A stretch of DNA of 61,441 nucleotides, the filler included, from Dugesia japonica (lineage: Eukaryota), in NCBI GenBank assembly GCA_001938525.1. It is 5 parts of 5 records of this genome, joined end to end, with 100 filler letters (N's around TTAATTAATTAA, not from the genome) between each part and the next. Parts side by side here need not be neighbours in the genome. Positions count along the whole stretch, not along the records: positions 1 to 12,008 come from MQRL01644164.1; positions 12,109 to 21,564 come from MQRL01598094.1; positions 21,665 to 31,627 come from MQRL01422848.1; 2 more parts are not named here. One strand, written 5' to 3'. The translations under genes were made by a program, and so were the position numbers. Below, in pieces: positions 10,300 through 23,599 of this stretch (positions are counted from its first letter, which is position 1; each line of letters begins with the position of its first letter). The notes beneath the pieces are model-generated. The model was not told the DNA's origin, ran no database searches, and was given only the letters and a program-made list of their open reading frames with translations.

Positions 10300-10690
10300 T
10301 CCCAAACTGACCAACCCCGAGGAAATAATTCACCAATAACGACCAAAAATTAGCTAAACTGACCAGTTCCGAGGAAAATTTCAGTCAAATCGCTCAAAAA
10401 TGAACCAAATTAACCATTCTCGAGTTAAATAATTGATCAAACGCACAAAGATTACCTAAAACCGACCAAGTTTGCCCAAATTGTCCACTCACGAGGAAAT
10501 AATTGACCAAATCATCCAAAAGTGAACCAAATTAACCATTCCCGAGGAAATATTCGACTAAATTCCCCTGAACTAACCAAAATTTGACCTTATTCGAACT
10601 CATTGAGGAAACTTTGGACAAAAACCACCTAAAATTACCAATCCCGAGGAAATATTCGGCCAATTTCACCTTAACCAATTAAAACTTGAT
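10300..10690. repeat. Degenerate ~55-bp tandem array (ACCA..CCCGAGGAAA..TTGACCAAA core)
   Basis: CGAGGAAA-like core recurs about 7 times at roughly regular spacing. Confidence 0.7.
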
Positions 10691-11319
10691 TGATTAAAAA
10701 GCCTATAAGATTTTCCCAACTAAATACACAGGAAAAATTAAACGCCAGTTAATCCAATTACGTAAAATTTCACCGATAAAATTAATCTCATGACATAATT
10801 TGTGTGCAAAAAATTTTCCTAACTAAATACACANGGAAACAGTAACACTAAATTAAGTAATATTACCTAATGATACAATTTATGATGTAATTTTTAAATT
10901 CCCAACTATATGCAATAGGATTAAATTTCATTACGTCATGGCGGGGGGGCTTCGCACACATGTGGTGTTAATTCCCATTATCCCTCTACTTGGAGAAAAT
11001 AATTAAAATAATTATGCGCATATTTGTTTGAATATTAAAGCTTTTCAAAGTAAATTTTTTCAATTCTGACAAACATTGTTCCAAATAAATGATTGGTAAT
11101 GAGGATGTTTTTCTGGTTAATAGACAAGAAAGCTATTATTAAACTACTTCATTGTCTTCTAGGTTTGACTCACACAAAAAATAGAATAGCTTATAAAAGA
11201 CTGGATTGATCTCACCTTCAACTAAGCAGTTATATAATGGCGCTATCACATCTGAAAACTGGCAGTTCGTTCACAGAGCCAAATCAAGTAACCTTCCAGT
11301 AGGGAGCAATTATTGAATG

Positions 11320-12008
11320 TCTTTCAGCTGTTTTACGTTTCAAGTGCCTCTCTATTAACAGTCGGCGCATTATTCGGTGGCATCGTCTTAGGCTATTGGG
11401 AAAATTAATATGTGGCACTAAAATAAATAGGACAGTAATGACATTCATATCTTGCTTAGGACATTAAATAAAGGTAAAAGTAAAAAAATAATTGGACGAA
11501 TATAAACACTAAGAAAGTGATTTTATTAAACCGAGTTTTAACAGATTTTATGGACGAGAACTTTGGACACCTTTGTCTACCATAAGCGGTGTCAGTGGCA
11601 TAGTTTTTTTTATTCAGAATGTCGCCCACCAGTTTATTCTTTCGGTCTTGGTAGGACCAGATAAGCTCGGTAAGTGATTCTAATTGGACTTTCCAGACTC
11701 TTTCTTGACGATGCGATGCTTCGGCTTCTGCTTTGAAAGCCAAGCACTTCTTTTTATAGCGCCGAACTTTGGCACCAGCAGATGCAACATCAGCTTCCCA
11801 ACGATGCTTAGCCAATTTATAGAGATCCCAAGTGATTTCGGTTTCATCACTGGAATCTCTCATTTTCTAAGTAGGTGCTACCGCTCGGTTTAATGACGAA
11901 TGCACTGAAATACAGAAAATTAAACCACAGTTAAACAGAAATTAAATGGACACAAAAAATCTCAAGATTTCTATACTGTGATAATACCACGAGGTTTATC
12001 CACTATAT
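11320..12008 (-). mobile_element. Element copy C (fragment: exon 3 and start of exon 4)
   Basis: tttcag|TG CAT TCG at 11904; ttttag|TG CCA CAT at 11417 (PHINFPNSLRRCHRIMRRLLIERHLKRK); AATAAA 11522-11527. Confidence 0.8.
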
Positions 12009-12274
12009 NNNNNNNNNNNNNNNNNNNNNNNNNNNNNNNNNNNNNNNNNNNNTTAATTAATTAANNNNNNNNNNNNNNNNNNNNNNNNNNNNNNNNNNNN
12101 NNNNNNNNTTGCCAACATTTAATCATAGCAAAGTATTATTTTTTACATAAGCATAATAATGACAAAAATACAGAAACATTTCGGTGAATCACTGCACATT
12201 TGAAAAGTGTTTTATAGTAACAATTAGATAAGAAGTATGTTCACACAAGCTCCTCGGATAATAATGAAGATTTG

Positions 12275-13050
12275 TCATTTGAAATCAGCCTTTATGTCAA
12301 CTTTAGGCAGTTCGAGTCTAGATGTTTTACCCAACAGAACCATATCATGTCGAGCTTTATATTCATAGACTTTGGAACTAGATTCTGAAACATCTTTAAC
12401 TGTCATTTTGACAGCTTGTGAACGGCATGGAAATGTTGGTTGAATAAGTTGCTGACATGACATAAAGTTATCATTGGATTCATGTAATAGTAATGGAGAT
12501 GGTGTTACTGGAGAGTTGTTCCAATCAATTATGTTGATGTATGTTTCAGCAGTAAAGTTCAGCTTACTGTTATTCTTGTCAAAAATGCTAATAGCATTTA
12601 GTTGCACTCTCTGTCTTGATGAAATTATAATTTCAAATGTATGCTTAACATATATTGAAATCATTGTTAAACATAGCAGTTATTAACACATTTTCAGGAT
12701 AAGCAAAATAACTGTTACATTGCAGAACTGGAAACATATCTTGATCTTGCTTACTAAGTTGGCACTGTTTCATAAGAAAAAAGAAATTCTTCTCCCAATT
12801 TGACATCCACTGTGACATTTGGTATAAAACCATGTAGGGCCATAGACATTAACTATGAAACTAATTAGTCTCTGCAATGATTTTGATATAACTGCCTTTG
12901 ACATGTACAAACATAATACTCTGTTGGATTTGGTTAGCCATCTGGCATGGTTTAGATAACCTAGTTGGCTACACTGTAGAAATGCCACATACATTGGAGA
13001 GACTGTCCGTCATCTCTGTACATGGGTTCAAGAGCATAATCGGTTTGGTG
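12275..13050 (-). mobile_element. Degenerate DDE transposase, hATm-like
   Basis: Fragments with NHARWLT, NSYFAxPENVL and PCxSQAV motifs, frameshifted. Superfamily assignment is from motif recall. A related non-coding copy lies at about 42466-42990. Confidence 0.6.
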
Positions 13051-13902
13051 GTGGTAGTAATATTGCTTAGCGTAAAAATAAAAATAAAAGTAATTGCAAT
13101 GNGAATGTTGAAATTTCAAATTTTAAAATTTTGTCTAAGCAATTTTAAAATTACTAGGAGAGAGCGTTTTATGATGCGTTAATGATTAGATTTCATAATC
13201 CAAGCATTAATGTACAGGCAGCTCATTCGACTAAGTTAATTAAAATTTTTAAAAAAACTTTTTTGGATATAAAGTAATTTTTCAGTTTTTATTGAAATCT
13301 TGATTTATTTTAAAAANNNNNNNNNNNNNNNNNNNNNNNNNNNNNNNNNNNNNNNNNNNNNNNNNNNNNNNNNNNNNNNNNNNNNNNNNNNNNNNNNNNN
13401 NNNNNNNNNNNNNNNNNNNNNNNNNNNNNNNNNNNNNNNNNNNNNNNNNNNNNNNNNNNNNNNNNNNNNNNNNNNNNNNNNNNNNNNNNNNNNNNNNNNN
13501 NNNNNNNNCTTTGATTTTATAGGTAACAGTAATAAAATATTATAATATAAATTAATTTTATTGAAAAGTCGTTAAAATTTAAAACAAATTAAGAATTTTA
13601 TTTTTAAAAAATTAAGAATTTTAGCCGTCGCATTAATCTTTGTTTGAATAATACATACTGAATAAACTCATTTATTTCAATTTTGTCTGATGTTGACGGT
13701 TAATCCGTCGAAATATATAACAATAAAGTTNNNNNNNNNNNNNNNNNNNNNNNNNNNNNNNNNNNNNNNNNNNNNNNNNNNNNNNNNNNNNNNNNNNNNN
13801 NNNNNNNNNNNNNNNNNNNNNNNNNNNNNNNNNNNNNNNNNNNNNNNNNNNNNNNNNNNNNNNNNNNNNNNNNNNNNNNNNNNNNNNNNNNNNNNNNNNN
13901 NN

Positions 13903-13965
<63 letters not shown>
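13903..13965. repeat. (AAT)n microsatellite
   Basis: About 21 perfect AAT units next to a gap. Confidence 0.95.
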
Positions 13966-13989
13966 TAAAAGTTAATCCTATTTATTCAG

Positions 13990-14114
13990 TTACTGAAAAA
14001 GAACTAAATCGCTTAAAACGAGCCTTTAATCAATTTTCACAAAAAAAACTATTATCTTTCGATAAATTTTGTTCCGAAGTGTTTGGATCATTTTTGCCAA
14101 ATATGGTTAGCAAC
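13990..14114 (+). CDS. USP32: USP32-like deubiquitinase, internal coding exon (N-terminal EF-hand region)
   Basis: ttcag|TT ACT...AAC|gtaagt; (V)TEKELNRLKRAF..FCSEVFG..P resembles human USP32 VTDVELKRLKDAF..FIREVLG..P. Confidence 0.75.
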
Positions 14115-14340
14115 GTAAGTCAATCATTTCTGTGAATTATTAATTCATTTTCAAAAATGAATTTAATGTAAATTAAAAATATTAAAAAATAAATTCAATT
14201 TTTATTTTATTTAATTTTATTTATTTATTTTAAAGTNNNNNNNNNNNNNNNNNNNNNNNNNNNNNNNNNNNNNNNNNNNNNNNNNNNNNNNNNNNNNNNN
14301 NNNNNNNNNNNNNNNNNNNNNNNNNNNNNTACTCTATTAT

Positions 14341-15140
14341 TAGGGTGTCCCATAAGTCTTTTCGTATTTTTATTCAATAAATACATGCTTAATAAAAGAA
14401 GAACAAATAAATATTGTCTCAAAATAAAGACCATTTGAATTAATGGTTTGAATCTATCTATTGTCAAGTTGCTGGATCCCGCAATCATACCAGTCTTTGT
14501 CTTTGGAGCAAAATTTTTGGCACACCTTTTGTACCTCATCCAAATTATTGAAACATCGTCCTTGCAGAAAATGTGCCATAGACTGGAAAGGATGATAGTC
14601 TGATGGTGCGAGATCTTGGTTGTAAGCTGGATGTGGTAAAATTTCAAAGGCATCCACCTCCTTTATTTTTTCCATTGTTTACCTGGCAGTGTGCGGTTTG
14701 GCGTTATCTTGCTGTTGAAGTATTCCATTTCGGTTTACCAATGCTGGATATTTTTGCTTTAATTTTGTGTCCATCCTGTCCAGTTGAGAGCAGTAGAGGA
14801 CTGCGTCAATGGCCACATGGTTTTCAAGAAGTTCGAAGTGGATCACACCTTCGAAATTCCACCAAACGCACAATAATAGTTTTTTAGAGAACCGATCTAT
14901 CTTTGTCACCTGATTTGGCAGTTGTCTGGGGTCAAGCCATTGATTATGTCTATTAGGGTTATCTAAGTAGACCCATCTTTCATCCGAAGTCACAATCCGG
15001 CGTATAAAANNNNNNNNNNNNNNNNNNNNNNNNNNNNNNNNNNNNNNNNNNNNNNNNNNNNNNNNNNNNNNNNNNGTCAATTCGTGTGGAATTTGTCGAC
15101 AGCATCTTTTCACCTTGCCCATTGAACGAAGATGTCTAAA
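14341..15140 (-). mobile_element. Mariner (DD34D) transposase remnant with one TIR
   Basis: IVTSDERW, LCVWW, QDNAKPH and HPAYNQDLAPSDY motifs; TIR-like TTAGGGTGTCCCATAAG near 14341. Confidence 0.9.
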
Positions 15141-16179
15141 ATATTTATTTTGCTTGAACAAGTTATTATTATCGAGAACTAAATCCAATTCGATAAAATT
15201 ATATTATAATAAAAAGTGCTAATTACACACTAATCGCATTAAATATGGGGAATATAAGTGAGAAATATATTATATAATTAACAATGTTCATACGGGTCGC
15301 ATCAATCTCAACATACATAACGGGTCACATCAATAGCAACATACATACGGGTTAAATCAATATTTGTTTATCATAATATATCTTACTCACACAAGTAAAA
15401 TCATTAAAATGTTCTTTTTTATTTGAAATATATTATTAAATTAAATCAGAATCGCCTAACAAATTTAATAACAGTAANNNNNNNNNNNNNNNNNNNNNNN
15501 NNNNNNNNNNNNNNNNNNNNNNNNNNNNNNNNNNNNNNNNNNNNNNNNNNNNNNNNNNNNNNNNNNNNNNNNNNNNNNNNNNNNNNNNNNNCAGCCAAAA
15601 ACTAGAAAAGGTACATTTCCGACATTAGATGCTTTTAGAATTTCACAAGGGTAGTAACACAATAGTTGTTACCAAAAACATTTGCGATGTTTATTCAATT
15701 GCATTAGACGTTTTTTAATGCCAAATGTGGATTTCTAAGTTTAGGTCAGGTAATTTGGATCTTTTCAACTTGTGTTGATCAGGAAGACCAACAACATTAG
15801 ACAGTAACGTGTTAAGGGCTGAAGTGGAAGCAAATTCGTGTTAGGCGATCGAAAAACTGTCAAACACTCCTAACCAAAGCTTGGTCGACCATTCAAGAAC
15901 ATTTGCTGTAGTAGGTGTTTGAGTCCCACATAATCTCTTAAAAGAAAATAAAGGTAACCGTCCACCACATGCAACTATTTGTTTCAATGGTACAATGCAG
16001 AAGCGTTTTTGATCGATTTATCACTAAAGACGAAAAAAGGGATCCTCAATGATAATCAACAATTCGAATGAATCGGCAAAATGTACTGTTAAGCCAGGTT
16101 TACATTCAAAAAAGCGCTTTAGTGTGTTTGGTGGAGTATTTGTGAAATTGTTTTTTTTGAACTTCTGAAACCTGAACAA

Positions 16180-16660
16180 ATTGTGAATAAAAACCTTTAC
16201 TGTAAAAAATCGCGTCGAATAAATCAATTTTTAATTGAAAAGTTTCTGGAGATATTAAACAGAAAAGGTGTTATTCTACAACACTATAATGCAATACTGC
16301 ACTGCGCAAGAGGAACTCTGGAAAAATGAATAAATTAAGGTGGGAGGTACTGCCTCACTCACCATATTCGCCAGACATTGCACCATTGAATTTCCATTTA
16401 TTTTGATTGCTATAACATTTTCTGTGACCAAAAATTTAAAAATCTATATGATATCCAAAATGCCATTTCTAGATATTTTGCTCGAAAGCAATGGATTCTT
16501 ATCGATCCAGCATTGAAAATTTGCAAACTATTTGGCAAAAGGTTGTTGATAACGAGGGTATTACATCATTGATTAAAAATAAAAACTTAAAAATTTTTTT
16601 CTTTTTTCTTTGACTTTAATGTAGAAAAATGACTTTACTCTCCAGCCCTGCCAATATTAG
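16180..16660 (+). mobile_element. Mariner remnant
   Basis: Translates NRKGVILQHYNA..H and HSPYSPDIAP; ends ..YIID*. Confidence 0.75.
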
Positions 16661-17941
16661 TTATTATTAAAAATGTATTTACTGAAATTATCCATTTTTC
16701 GTATTAGAAATCAATTTTCATTTTGTTGGAAAGATAGATTTGTTAAACATCTACGAATATAATATGCGATCTACCAATTAATAAACTAATAGATCAAACT
16801 GTAATTTTTAAAAAAAGAGTTTTTCCTATTTTTTTAAAGTACAATTAATTTTCTTTTGCATCAATAGTTTAAAACTAGATGCTGTAAGTTAAAACAGTAT
16901 TTGATGTTTAAATAAGTGTTCCAAGTTATCATTTTTGTTTTCATTAAAATGATATCTTATGATTTTGATAGAAAATGGTATCATAAAAGTTAAGAGCAGA
17001 TACGGATTAAGGGGGGCAAGCCGCGCAACCTCCGAGGCGCTAAAACCTATTTGTAAAATCAAATAGCTTAAAAATATAGAAGGAAAAGTTTGATTTGGTA
17101 AATATGCCAATTTTTTACCTATTAAATGGTAATATCAAATCACTTAAATTATGGTTGAAATGCTATTAATCCATAAAACATCATATTTTTTCAAGGTTTA
17201 TATTATGATATTATAATATTAATTATATCATTATTACAATATCTTAAATTTAAGAAGTTTTGATGTTTTCGATGGAAATTTACTTAACATGACTATTGAC
17301 CAGGAACACACTACTGAAATTCATATTAATTTTAAAAATGGGAAACGGAGGAGGGTGAGAGGGGGTCCCAAAAGTTGAGTTTGCCTGGAGTGTCTGAAAA
17401 CCTTTGTTTGGCGACGTTTAAGATAGTAAGCAATTAATTAAGTGTATTGGGTAATGTGATTTAAAATTCTTGACTTCCGGACAATACATCATGAATTCAA
17501 ATGGTTTTTTTACACGTTTCTTGAATATTCCACACAGCCTTAGTGATTCATATATTTTTTGTCCGGATTGATTGAGTGTGGGCTTCAATCGATCCTATGA
17601 GTATTTTAGTACTTTATTTCAAGCCCTTAGANAATTTCGTTTCACCATTTTAACAACTATGTTCTCTTTCCGCAATCATTCCACAGTTTATTTGTGACGA
17701 AACTTTCTCAAGTAACTAAGATCTTCGAATTATTATTCTTGGTTAAATTAATACACTTACTCTAACAACCAGAACCATTCGACATCAATAAATTAATTGC
17801 ATTAATACGAAAATATTTGTAATTAATTGACTTATAATAATTATAGTTATAGGTAATATTTTTAATAAAGAAATATTTGAATTTTTTTACAAATCATTTT
17901 TAATTTTATTGAATAGAGTGTGACATTTCAACATTAAATCG

Positions 17942-18100
17942 ATATAGAAACTGTTATTATACAACCGGTTCACTTGAAATAATTTTTGTTGTTTTTTAAA
18001 GTTTATTTTCTTAATAAAAACTTAATTTACTAATAAATGTAAATAAAATTACCCATTATTGAAAACACAATTTACATAGAAATGACGATAATAACTGGTT
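17942..18100. repeat. ~150-bp direct repeat, second copy at about 19950-20095
   Basis: ATAGAAACTGTTATTATACAACCGGTTCACTTG...CATAGAAATGACGATA shared. Confidence 0.85.
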
Positions 18101-18515
18101 ATAAAGTTCTCGAGGGTAAAACTAGGGTATAATGTTTCCGGAGTTAAATATTTTTATGACAGAGTTGAAATATTTATGAAATATTCAACTCCGGAGACAT
18201 TTTGCCTTAGTTTATTACTTATGTATTTCCCCCTGGGTTTTGCACTCGAGGAGCAGAACCAATTACTCAATAGTATCCATATTCATTCTTTTAAAAAATT
18301 TACAATTATTAATGTTACCAGGGATTTCATTAAATTAAACCTTCGATATAAATATTATTTTTCTTTTTACATATTTCTTTTTTAGCTCTTGTTAGTATTT
18401 AGAAGTTTCGACTTTGTCTTCGAAAATTCGAAATAATATCAAGAACTAAAAAAATAAATATAAAAAAGGAAAAACAAAAAAAAGTTTTTAATTTAATGAA
18501 ATCTCTAATAGGATC
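18098..18515. repeat. Two adjacent foldback (MITE-like) inverted repeats
   Basis: CTCGAGGGTAAAAC / GTTTTGCACTCGAG with inner TCCGGAGTT / AACTCCGGA; then GATTTCATTAAATTAAA / TTTAATTTAATGAAATC. Confidence 0.7.
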
Positions 18516-18959
18516 AATGGTTAAGTCCAACTATTCTCGCAATACTTGTAATTGTAAAATTCGAAAAATTGTTATCAGTAAATGAAGCTGTGATTAATTT
18601 ATAATAAAAATATTATACTTAAAAGTTCAATTAAATAATTGTTTTTGTTTTACGAATTGGATTCAAAATTAATTATCTAAATCGTTACAATTATTTTTAA
18701 TATTTCTATTACTTATTTTCATAAGTAGTGTAATATAAATTAATTTTTACTGTCGATTTCATAAATTCTACAATTTACATTTAAATAAAATTATTATTTA
18801 TTTTTTTATATCGTATTTATTACATTTTTTAAATTGACAAACACAAGTAGAACTATTCAACTTTCTAGAGAGAAGACCATAATTATTTGAAATTATTCCT
18901 CCACAATTTTAATGATTCTGAAGTCAGTATTTATTAACATGCAAAATTTAAATTACAAA

Positions 18960-19270
18960 TTTAATTTTTTCTATACACAGCTCACGTTTTCAAACTGATG
19001 ACCATTTCCACCTAGATATTATTGGTAATGGATTTACAAAAATCGAGAATCATTTTGTTAGGTATTTGGACACATTTTTTCTTTCAATGCCACTTGTAAT
19101 TCATCAATGATTTCAGGTTTTTTAGCATAATCTTTATGTTTGATAAATCTACACAAAAAGGGTCTAGTAGTGCGAGGTCTGGTGAACACAAATCCTAGTC
19201 TGTTGGGCAGGCTCTCAATAAGACACGCCCTTATATCACGATAATAATGCAGATGAATTACATCTTATTG
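18960..19270 (-). mobile_element. Tc1/mariner-family C-terminal remnant
   Basis: SPDLALLDP motif followed by KKPEIIDELQ-type tail; heavily decayed. Confidence 0.45.
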
Positions 19271-19397
19271 GAAGTAAAAGTGTTTATGATACGCAGTTTA
19301 GAGACTGTGTGGAATGATTGATTCCATAAGCAAATTAAAATATTAAATGTCAATTAATTCATGTACTGATAAGTATAATCATATTGTCACTATATAT

Positions 19398-19920
19398 CAG
19401 TTTTCCGCAAACTTAAGTTCTTTAATGGCCACACTAAAAATGACAAGCCACAACCGGCCACAACTAATTTAGATTAAAAGAAATTAAAAGGTTATTAGAT
19501 GAATTTTTCAATAATATCATTGCGAGTCAAAATATCTGGAAGGTAATTGAAGGTGCTAATATAGTTAAACAAAATATTTGTTGCGTTTTCAAATTTTTTA
19601 AGTTTAATTTATTGTTTAAAATAAAAGCTTCGATCAAAAAAAAATTTCTTTTGTTTTCTGAGGATGATTATTGTTTATTGTGTTAATATTGTGTTAATAT
19701 ATTTTGAATCATTAAAAATGTCACAATATAATTATCTATAAATACTAATAAATTTCCAAGATAATAAAAATAGAGCGTAAAAGTTACTTACAACTTAGCA
19801 GTAATCGTATGCAGTCTCTATCGGCCTCATACTAGACACGCATAAAGAGTTTTCCACCGGCCACATAAAGCATCATTATCGGTCGCATGTGGCCGTAAAA
19901 CCCTAGTTTGCGGAACACTG
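19398..19920. mobile_element. hAT-type MITE
   Basis: TIRs CAGT(T/G)TTCCGCAAACT; perfect 8-bp TSD CTATATAT at 19390-19397 and 19921-19928. Confidence 0.9.
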
Positions 19921-20664
19921 CTATATATAAGTCACTATATATTATCACTATATAGAAACTGTTATTATACAACCGGTTCACTTGAAATAATTTTTATCGT
20001 ATTTTAAAGTTTATTTTCTTAATAAAAACTTAATTTACTAAGGTAAATAAAATTAGCTGACACAATTTACATAGAAATGACGATAGTAACTGGTGTTATA
20101 ATACACGATGCGGATTTCCACATTCCAATTAAGGGAAATTGTGAAGATCAATTATACCATTTAATTTGAATTTGACCCAAAGTAATTTTTTTTGAAACTG
20201 ACGATATTCTTCACATTTTGTCAAGTAGCACTTACAAAACTTTCACTTTTTATTTCACTTTTTTCTTGAGAACATGTGCATGTTAATAAAAAAACAATAC
20301 ATCGTCAACTCAATACTATTAATTCTTTGAAACTCTAAACACCTGCAATGTTGGTTGACTAGACTGTAGACTCATTCTTAATTGGAAAATTATTTTTTAA
20401 TAATACAATTATAAAAATTCTATTGTAAACATATGTATTCTTATGATCACTGTTTACTCTAATTTTTTCAATGACTGCCGGGAAAAAATCAGTGTGAGCG
20501 GAAACAACGTAATAATAAATTTATTTTTATTTCACTTTCAGTGCTAATGTGCAGATTTCACAGGAACTGTGCTATAGTGTAGGTGCGCAACCTACGGGGA
20601 TCATTGCTTATAAATATTTTTATCATTTTAATTTTCATTTTCTTATCAAGTTTTATTTTTGAAG

Positions 20665-20776
20665 ACTTTGTTCAAGGCTCTCAATACGAATCATAGTCCA
20701 TCTGGTATTACCTTTAAAGAATTAATCATTGGCATTGTTATTCTCACAAAGGGAAGTTTCGACGAAAAATGCAAAT
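20665..20776 (+). CDS. USP32: USP32-like gene, next coding exon
   Basis: ttgaag|ACT...AAA T|gtaag; phase-compatible with 13990-14114; GITFKELIIGIVILTKGSFDEKCK resembles GLHFNNLIVGLVLLTRGKDEEKAK. Confidence 0.75.
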
Positions 20777-22169
20777 GTAAGATTTTTTTATGAAAATGTT
20801 TTTTTTAAATTTTTGGAAATTTCAGAAAAATTTAATTTAAAAAAGTTTTGAATTATTAATTAAATTAATCAAGAGAGAAAAAAAATCCTAACTTTTAAAC
20901 TTTTAAAATCAAATTTATTTGTTTTTTTATAATATTTATTCACTATTTATTGATGTAATTTTAGGAAATTTTAAAGATGTTAAACACTAATTAAATAGGA
21001 AATACTTTATTTATATTTAAATCTTCAAAATTAATTTAATAACTTGTGGCTGGCTTAAATCGATTCTACATTTCTTATGATTTATAAATTTTATTTTCAA
21101 AAGCTAACGTCTAATAATTTCGATAATTCTTAAATCGCTGTCAATCCTATAAACAAATTACGATAGCATTAACCTATCTAACAACCAATTTCTTTGCAAC
21201 GGGTTTTTATCTGTAATTTCGTGCCTTAGAGAGTTGTTTCTTATAATTATATTAAAAATAATTATAATAATTTATTATAAATTATAAAATGAATTCAGTT
21301 CTATAATTTTCTTGAAATTATTTCGAGTTAATTAATTTTACCAATTTATAAAATATTAGGAAAATTTAACTTTCTTATATAACGTTCTTAGATTAATTAT
21401 TATTTTCTTGGTTTTCAAATTAACTCTACTGAATAAACAAAGAAAATAAATATAATTTTATTCTTGCTAGTCAGAAAAATTATCTTTAAATTAAAATATC
21501 ATATTATATAGATAAACCATTTCGATTCAAGTTAATTTAATTATGTTCATTACCAGATTCATATNNNNNNNNNNNNNNNNNNNNNNNNNNNNNNNNNNNN
21601 NNNNNNNNTTAATTAATTAANNNNNNNNNNNNNNNNNNNNNNNNNNNNNNNNNNNNNNNNNNNNCACTAATAGTACTGCATTCATTCTGTACATAGTCAT
21701 TTAATATGCTTAATTTGTCTACATTTTGTCAATTTTCACCAATTTCCCACTATTTACCCTATTTTTAGTGATTATCTATCGTTTACCCATATTTAACAAT
21801 ATTTAGATATATTATTCATCAATTGCGCCTATTTTATCATCTTTGCTACTATTTCCAATTCGGTTCAATCTTTAAAGACTGATATATAGGGATAAAAGGG
21901 GCTATTTAGTGAGTAAGATCTGGTATGGTTTGCTTCTTATTTACGATAATATAATCAATTCAGTATATTTATATTTATAGTTATATAAAAATTTATATAT
22001 TTTTTTGTAAATATATAAATATATAAATATAAAGAACTAAATAACATGATAAATAATAATTAAATACCTCTTATTTTTCAACTGAACAGGATTTGTTTTA
22101 ATCAATTTTTGAGAAGAGGTATTGTTTTATTTTAAAGTGTCCCTCCGTAATTTGTTCAGCTGTAGTGTA

Positions 22170-23595
22170 GATTGACCAATGTAACTGGAGCGATCTAATG
22201 ATACTGACTCTTTATTCATTAAAGCCGCTATCAAGTCCTCATTAATCTTGATAGATTTCCGGAAGCTAGGTTTTGATGCATATGTTACCAACTTCTTACT
22301 TGTAATACATATTCACAAATCTACCATGTTCTTCAATTTCTCAACCAATTTTCCATACAAACTGTTGTTTAAAAATTTGTAATACGCTTTCTCAAGATTG
22401 GTATTACATTTTGCTCTAAATGCAATATTGGTTACAATATAATTTTAAAAGATGCGATCTTGAGTAAATCTTACCGCTTTAAGAACCACATTAACTTCAA
22501 TTTTTAATCTCATGTACATTTGTAGCAGTTTTCAATACAGTGCATAATATTCCTTAATGTAATGAGTCCACATTAATATTTTTACTTTACTACCTGGAAG
22601 GCATTAATGTTTTGCTGCTACTGGTAGATCCTTTATAAAGTCATGGATTTCTGAAGGGATAACTATGTTTACCTCCATAGTGTATCCGAACGATAACGCA
22701 ACCAGATCCATCGTCTTATATTCTTGTAATACTGATTCTAAACTAGTATGTACCCAGTCAAAGTCTCAATATAGTAATTTTTGACAAAGAGCCCACACAT
22801 ATAGATTGTTAATATCTATATATAAAAAATATGTGTTTTCACTAGTAGTGACATGATGTTTGTTGATAAATATCAACTCACTCTTATTTTACCTTAAAAA
22901 ATAGTAAACATGTCGTTGTCCTTCAACAGTTCTACTGATTCCTTTAATAACATCAAAGCTAATGCCCCACTGATACCCAGTAATACAAAAATATTCAATG
23001 GCTCTTATTTGTTGTGTTATAAAGATTTCAATCTAAACTGTTTGAAGAAATTCTCCAATAAATACACATCCAATTTAAAATAAACCAACATATAATCCAA
23101 AAGGTTCTTAAAATCAGATATTCTCATTTCTTTGGTATATTCTCCCTATGTGATCTCATTCCATCTTGGTGGCATTTGTGTTGTTTCAACTTAAGAATGT
23201 AAACTATATGAATAATTGTATAGAAACTTCCCCTTTGACATTGTAATTATTCTATCTTTAAATTTCTATAATGTCAAAGATGTCTCTTTTAAGTACTTTA
23301 CGGCAGAATCTGGTGAGGAGTTTAAAAACTGATATGAATCTATAAACTTAATTACTGGTAATTAAGTCTCATGCACTATTAAGCATAGCAACCTTTCCGT
23401 TGTTGTTGAAATGCAATTCAGGCTCCACTGTGAACATTTATTTAATTCAAATTTCAAAATATGATGAAAATCATACCCTATTAAATTGTGAAATACCACT
23501 GGTAGTTGCATTTTCACACTTCTGCTCCAATTACATATAGAATATGCTGCGCCCAAATACTAATCAGTAAAGTGATTATAATCTCTAACTGGTGC
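22170..23595 (-). pseudogene. Polinton/Maverick protein-primed PolB fragment
   Basis: PVVFHNLIGYDFH (ExoII), YIDINNLY and FLNNSLYGK motifs; many lesions. Confidence 0.85.
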
Positions 23596-23599
23596 AGTC

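Noticed and set aside
10300-10690. CRISPR-like periodicity
   Set aside because: Degenerate units with related spacers, eukaryotic context, no cas genes.
12009-12108. TTAATTAATTAA embedded in N runs (also ~21609, ~31672, ~52081)
   Set aside because: Identical all-frame-stop linker flanked by similar N runs; an assembly join, not biology.
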